Positions 61,301-64,000 of a stretch of 64,000 nucleotides of DNA are shown here, piece after piece. Source of the DNA: Candidatus Bathyarchaeota archaeon (GTDB taxonomy: Archaea > Thermoproteota > Bathyarchaeia > Bathyarchaeales > Bathycorpusculaceae). How positions within the stretch are numbered: the stretch's first letter is position 1; each line of letters starts with the position of its first letter. The notes beneath the pieces are model-generated. The model had not been told where the DNA came from, made no database searches, and saw nothing but the letters and a program-made list of their open reading frames with translations. The position numbers and the translations under genes were made by a program. The stretch lies in contig CAWHDT010000003.1 in the NCBI GenBank assembly GCA_963828195.1, positions 64,001 through 128,000 on the forward strand, written 5' to 3'.

Positions 61301-61474
61301 AGTGACCCACATGCAAAACTCGTTACTGCGTAAGCCTTCAGCAAAATAGGGAACCAAAACATCGATTAAATCTTTTTTTGACTCGTAAAATTGGCAAAGA
61401 TGCGTTCCCCATGCAACATAACCTACAATCTCAATGCCAAAGTTTCGAAGAGAAGCTGAAATAGAAGATTCCAT
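58325..61474 (-). CDS. MEDS - multi-PAS sensor histidine kinase
   Basis: HLCQFY MEDS domain, duplicated PAS (SLLEASLDPLVTI twice), SHDLQEPLR, GNAIKF, DNGIGI, GSGIGL. Confidence 0.92.
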   Translation of the reverse strand: MESSISASLRNFGIEIVGYVAWGTHLCQFYESKKDLIDVLVPYFAEGLRSNEFCMWVTSSPLEASEAEEALRKAVPDLDAYLRKGQIEIVSYENWYLLGGKFDADRVLQGWVKKETDALKHGFEGLRLTGNTFWVERSLWKSFVNYEEAVNSVIGQHRMLALCTYCLKNASGNDVVDVVRNHAGTLLKQGKKWVLVENAVERKKEQNALLEREQSWQTTLSSVGDAVIATDTAGKITFMNNVAEKLTGWTLTEASKKPLKTIFHIVNEQTRSEVANPVTRVLKEGVTVGLANHTVLITKDGKEVPIDDSGAPIKRKDGEISGVVLIFRDITERKKAEKDLFNLAKFPSENPFAVLRIFRDGTVMYANAESLRLPKPISVQVGQIVRTQWRSHVTEALTSNCRLDFEESAGGRWFEFKVAPVLSEGYVNIYGSDITQRKKAEEAARKSEAASIASKYARSLLEASLDPLVTINAEGKITDVNQATEQATGISREELVGSDFSDYFTEPEKAKAGYQEVFVKGFVKDYPLAIRHTSGKVTDVLYNANLYRNEKGTIQGVFAAARDVTARKKAEAAAQTERKRFFDVLETLPTMVCLLTPDHHVVFANRSFREKFGESEGRHCYDYCFGKKEPCSFCESYKVLETGKPHQWEVTGPDGSIIEAYDFPFSDVDGSPLILEMDIDVTRRKKAEEELRAASLYSRSLLEASLDPLVTISAEGKITDVNKATEDVTGCSRTQLIGSDFSDYFTEPEKAKAGYEQVFTEGFVKDYPLAIRDKSGKTIDVVYNASVYRDPKGGIQGVFAAARDITQRVAMENELRQTMEKLRQSNSELEQFAYVASHDLQEPLRMVASYVQLLQRRYQGKLDPEADEFIGYAVDGANRMRGLIDDLLTYSRVGRLGKPFEPTNLESTLDIVVKNLQASIAENKATITRDKLPVISADGGQLVQLFQNLIGNAIKFHGKEPPCVHVSAKDKGTEYQFAVRDNGIGIDPQYYDRLFKIFQRLHTREEYPGSGIGLAVCKKIVERHGGRIWIESQAGKGSTIYFTLSKRKL

Positions 61475-61597
61475 TTGTATCCCTGAACGGAATGAATTGT
61501 ATATCCTGTCTTTTCTTCCCTAAAAAGCATTTCTGAACGCAGTGGAATTGGTGATTTGCCAGATTCGTCACTTAGCTTTTTCCTTTAGTTTTGCACG

Positions 61598-62395
61598 TCA
61601 AATAACGAAGTTTAAACCGAACTTCAAAAACATCTGTACACTTATAAAAATAAGTAACGCAAACAAAATCCAACGGAGCGTTTTGCTTTTTGTAATTCTG
61701 CAAAGATGAGCGCCAACTAAACCTCCAAACATCGAGCCCGAACCTATCAGCAATGCATATTCGATATTTATGTTTCCCACGCTGATATGTTGAGCCGCCC
61801 CCGCCAACGAAATGAAAACCATTGTGAAAACCGAAGTTGCCGCCACTGTCTTAAACGGCATGCGTAAAATCAAAACCATAATGGGTACCAGCAACACGCC
61901 TGGAATGCTCAGCAATCCACCTATTAAACCAGCAAAAAAGCAGAGAAAAACACCTAGGGCAACTTGTCTTTTCTGAGAGAGCAGTTCTTTTTCAGAAAAA
62001 CCCGAATCCTGCTCTGAATTTTCACAACTATTTGCTGTTCCTTTTCTGGAGACCATTTGCCACGCCACAAAAGCCAGGAAAACGCCGATAAGCAACCCTA
62101 AAATCTGCTCTGGCACTGCTGTCGTTAAGTAGCTTCCCAATATCGCGCCTGGCACAGCTGCAACTGCTAGAATTAAACCAATTTTATAGTATGTTTGCTT
62201 CTGTTTTGAATAGTATGCTGAGGCAACAGCGGTTGTCATGAGAATCGTTGTTAAGCCTGTTCCGACGGCGTTTGAAGGCGACATCGCGTAGACTAACGTC
62301 AAGAGAGGAACCACTAAAAATCCTCCTCCAAGGCCAACCATAACCGAAACTAGCCCGATCAGAAATCCTATAACGGGCAAAACTGCTTCCCACAC
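61598..62395 (-). CDS. TauE/SafE (TSUP) family permease
   Basis: GLGGGFLVVP, AVGT, AATS; about 8 TM helices. Confidence 0.85.
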   Translation of the reverse strand: MWEAVLPVIGFLIGLVSVMVGLGGGFLVVPLLTLVYAMSPSNAVGTGLTTILMTTAVASAYYSKQKQTYYKIGLILAVAAVPGAILGSYLTTAVPEQILGLLIGVFLAFVAWQMVSRKGTANSCENSEQDSGFSEKELLSQKRQVALGVFLCFFAGLIGGLLSIPGVLLVPIMVLILRMPFKTVAATSVFTMVFISLAGAAQHISVGNINIEYALLIGSGSMFGGLVGAHLCRITKSKTLRWILFALLIFISVQMFLKFGLNFVI

Positions 62396-62571
62396 AAGGG
62401 TTCCCTCGACTCGAATAACTTACGTGGTTCTATTTATAAAATGTTGATTTCTGGCAACTAACATGACGTTTACTTGTCTGCCTAATAGGGCCATTCGATA
62501 AGCCGTTTTGACTTAACAGCTAGAACAAAGTTTGGCGGCAAGGCAAGCAGCGAAGGCGACGGCTTGAATGG

Positions 62572-63573
62572 TTAGAGGTTGTTTTCAATTATCACTTTCA
62601 AAGGCTTTTCGGTTGGGTTGTCAACAATTTCTAATGCTTTTTCAAACTCTTCAAACTTGAACTTGTGGGTAACTAGCCCTTTCACGTCAACAAGTTTCCT
62701 TGCAATCAACTCAACAGCAGACGGATACTCAACTGGGGAAATGTAAATCGTAAAAAACAATGCTTCGTCTGCATTCTCCAAATTCAAGCGTCCCTTGGAT
62801 TCACCCACCAACGCGACTTTGCCCGCTTTCCTCACCAAATAAGGCGTCTGCTCCACTGTGCGGATGTTTCCCGCTGCTTCAATCACCAAGTCTGAGCCTA
62901 TTTTTGTAAGTTTTTTCACGGTTTTGACTACGTCTTCGTGTTTAGCGTTTATGGTTGCGTCTGCACCGTACTTCTCGCTGAGTTCAAGCCTGTAATCCTC
63001 AAGGTCCACTGCGATGACTCGGCATCCCTTCAACAGCGCAACCTGCGTCATAAGCAAACCTATGGCTCCCTGCCCAATCACAGTGACCCAATCGCCCAAA
63101 TTCGGCTTCATGTAATCAAGTACGCGAAGCGCCAAAGCAACAGGCTCCACCACTGCCGCTTCCTCATCGCTGACCGTTGAGGGTACAGGAATTAGGCTTC
63201 GTGGCAGCATAGCTTTGGATTCGGCGAAGAAGCCGTCCCGCGTTAAACCGTAAAACTTGCCTCGGACACAATAAGTCGGCAACCCCCGCAGGCAAAAATA
63301 GCAGTGACCACAATTTACAATCGGCACCATAACAACCCGTTCACCCGTGTCCTCGCGGATTCCCCAAGCGTCATGACCCAGGATTCTGCCCTTCTTCATC
63401 CACTTCCACTCGCCCCGGTAAAGGTGCATGTCGGTGCCGCATATGCTTCCAGCCTTAAATTTCACCAGCACCCTTCTGCCCGTAACTTGGGGCTCTGGGA
63501 CTTCTTCGATTTTGATGTTGTGAGGTCCACGATAAACAGCTGCTTTCAAAAAGACGCCTTCTCTAATAATCAA
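62572..63573 (-). CDS. Zn-dependent alcohol dehydrogenase (MDR family)
   Basis: ICGTD, GHD, CGHCYFC...C, GQGAIG. Confidence 0.9.
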   Translation of the reverse strand: MIIREGVFLKAAVYRGPHNIKIEEVPEPQVTGRRVLVKFKAGSICGTDMHLYRGEWKWMKKGRILGHDAWGIREDTGERVVMVPIVNCGHCYFCLRGLPTYCVRGKFYGLTRDGFFAESKAMLPRSLIPVPSTVSDEEAAVVEPVALALRVLDYMKPNLGDWVTVIGQGAIGLLMTQVALLKGCRVIAVDLEDYRLELSEKYGADATINAKHEDVVKTVKKLTKIGSDLVIEAAGNIRTVEQTPYLVRKAGKVALVGESKGRLNLENADEALFFTIYISPVEYPSAVELIARKLVDVKGLVTHKFKFEEFEKALEIVDNPTEKPLKVIIENNL

Positions 63574-63668
63574 GCTGTATCGGCGAGGTATTAAGTTATT
63601 GCAGGTTGATTTGCGCGTTTTTGCGTTAGGTTAATAACCCATTTAGCGTATGCATGGTTTGAAAGCGT

Positions 63669-63893
63669 ATGAATTTAGAAGGGTACACTAAAGAGAATTT
63701 GTGGCAGCTGCTTGTTCAAACAGCTCACGCTTCCGTCATGTACCCAACTCATAAAGCTTACACCCGCGACTGCATTTTGCCGCAAAAAGCGGATGTTACC
63801 GCAAACGAGCTTGCGGAAAGGCTTGGCATGCCGCTTGGGGAAGCACTGGTAATTCTAGATGAACTGGCAGAAGAACGAAAGTGCCCAACATAG
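63669..63893 (+). CDS. Small HTH-like hypothetical protein
   Basis: ELAERLGMPLGEALVIL. Confidence 0.6.
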   Translation: MNLEGYTKENLWQLLVQTAHASVMYPTHKAYTRDCILPQKADVTANELAERLGMPLGEALVILDELAEERKCPT

Positions 63894-64000
63894 ATGCTTC
63901 TGCAGTATTTTGTTGGTGAGAATTAATAGGATTAATGAAAAAACGAAAGATTTGTGCGTAGGCTTGCGTGGCAATCGTTATATTTATATAAACACATCGA

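Noticed and set aside
61598-62395. TauE/SafE permease as the selenium transporter of the Sec system
   Set aside because: About 19 kb from the cluster, a very common family, and no sequence evidence for the link.
1-64000. selD (selenophosphate synthetase), rRNA genes and additional selenoprotein genes
   Set aside because: None recognised in this window; most short antisense ORFs in the track are shadows of the genes listed.

Overview
Archaeal chromosomal segment, most likely Bathyarchaeia/TACK. This is inferred from GGTGA/GAGGTGA Shine-Dalgarno sites, an eL22 homolog, a single-OB SSB, uvrBAC, larBCE, HdrA/FwdF and many beta-helix or PT-linker surface proteins. The main result is a clustered selenocysteine (Sec) decoding system at about 31.2-42.5 kb that the ORF track hides. 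It has a single ORF fusing PSTK to archaeal SelB, SepSecS, a 90-nt 9/4-fold tRNA-Sec(UCA) abutting the SepSecS stop, and an fwdF-hdrA::mvhD operon. The HdrA-MvhD fusion is one 835-aa frame with two in-frame UGA codons at conserved Cys positions, followed by a candidate SECIS hairpin in the 3' UTR. No selD is visible in the window. Other points: a thiolase lacking its catalytic motifs coupled to a DUF35-HMG-CoA synthase fusion, IS6-type elements including a 785-bp non-autonomous gene-carrying copy with 15-bp TIRs and an 8-bp TSD, a dispersed ~210-bp intergenic repeat, a probable C/D box sRNA, a DUF4011-helicase-Vsr (Hhe-like) gene, and several frameshifted genes. All calls come from reading motifs by eye; no searches were run.
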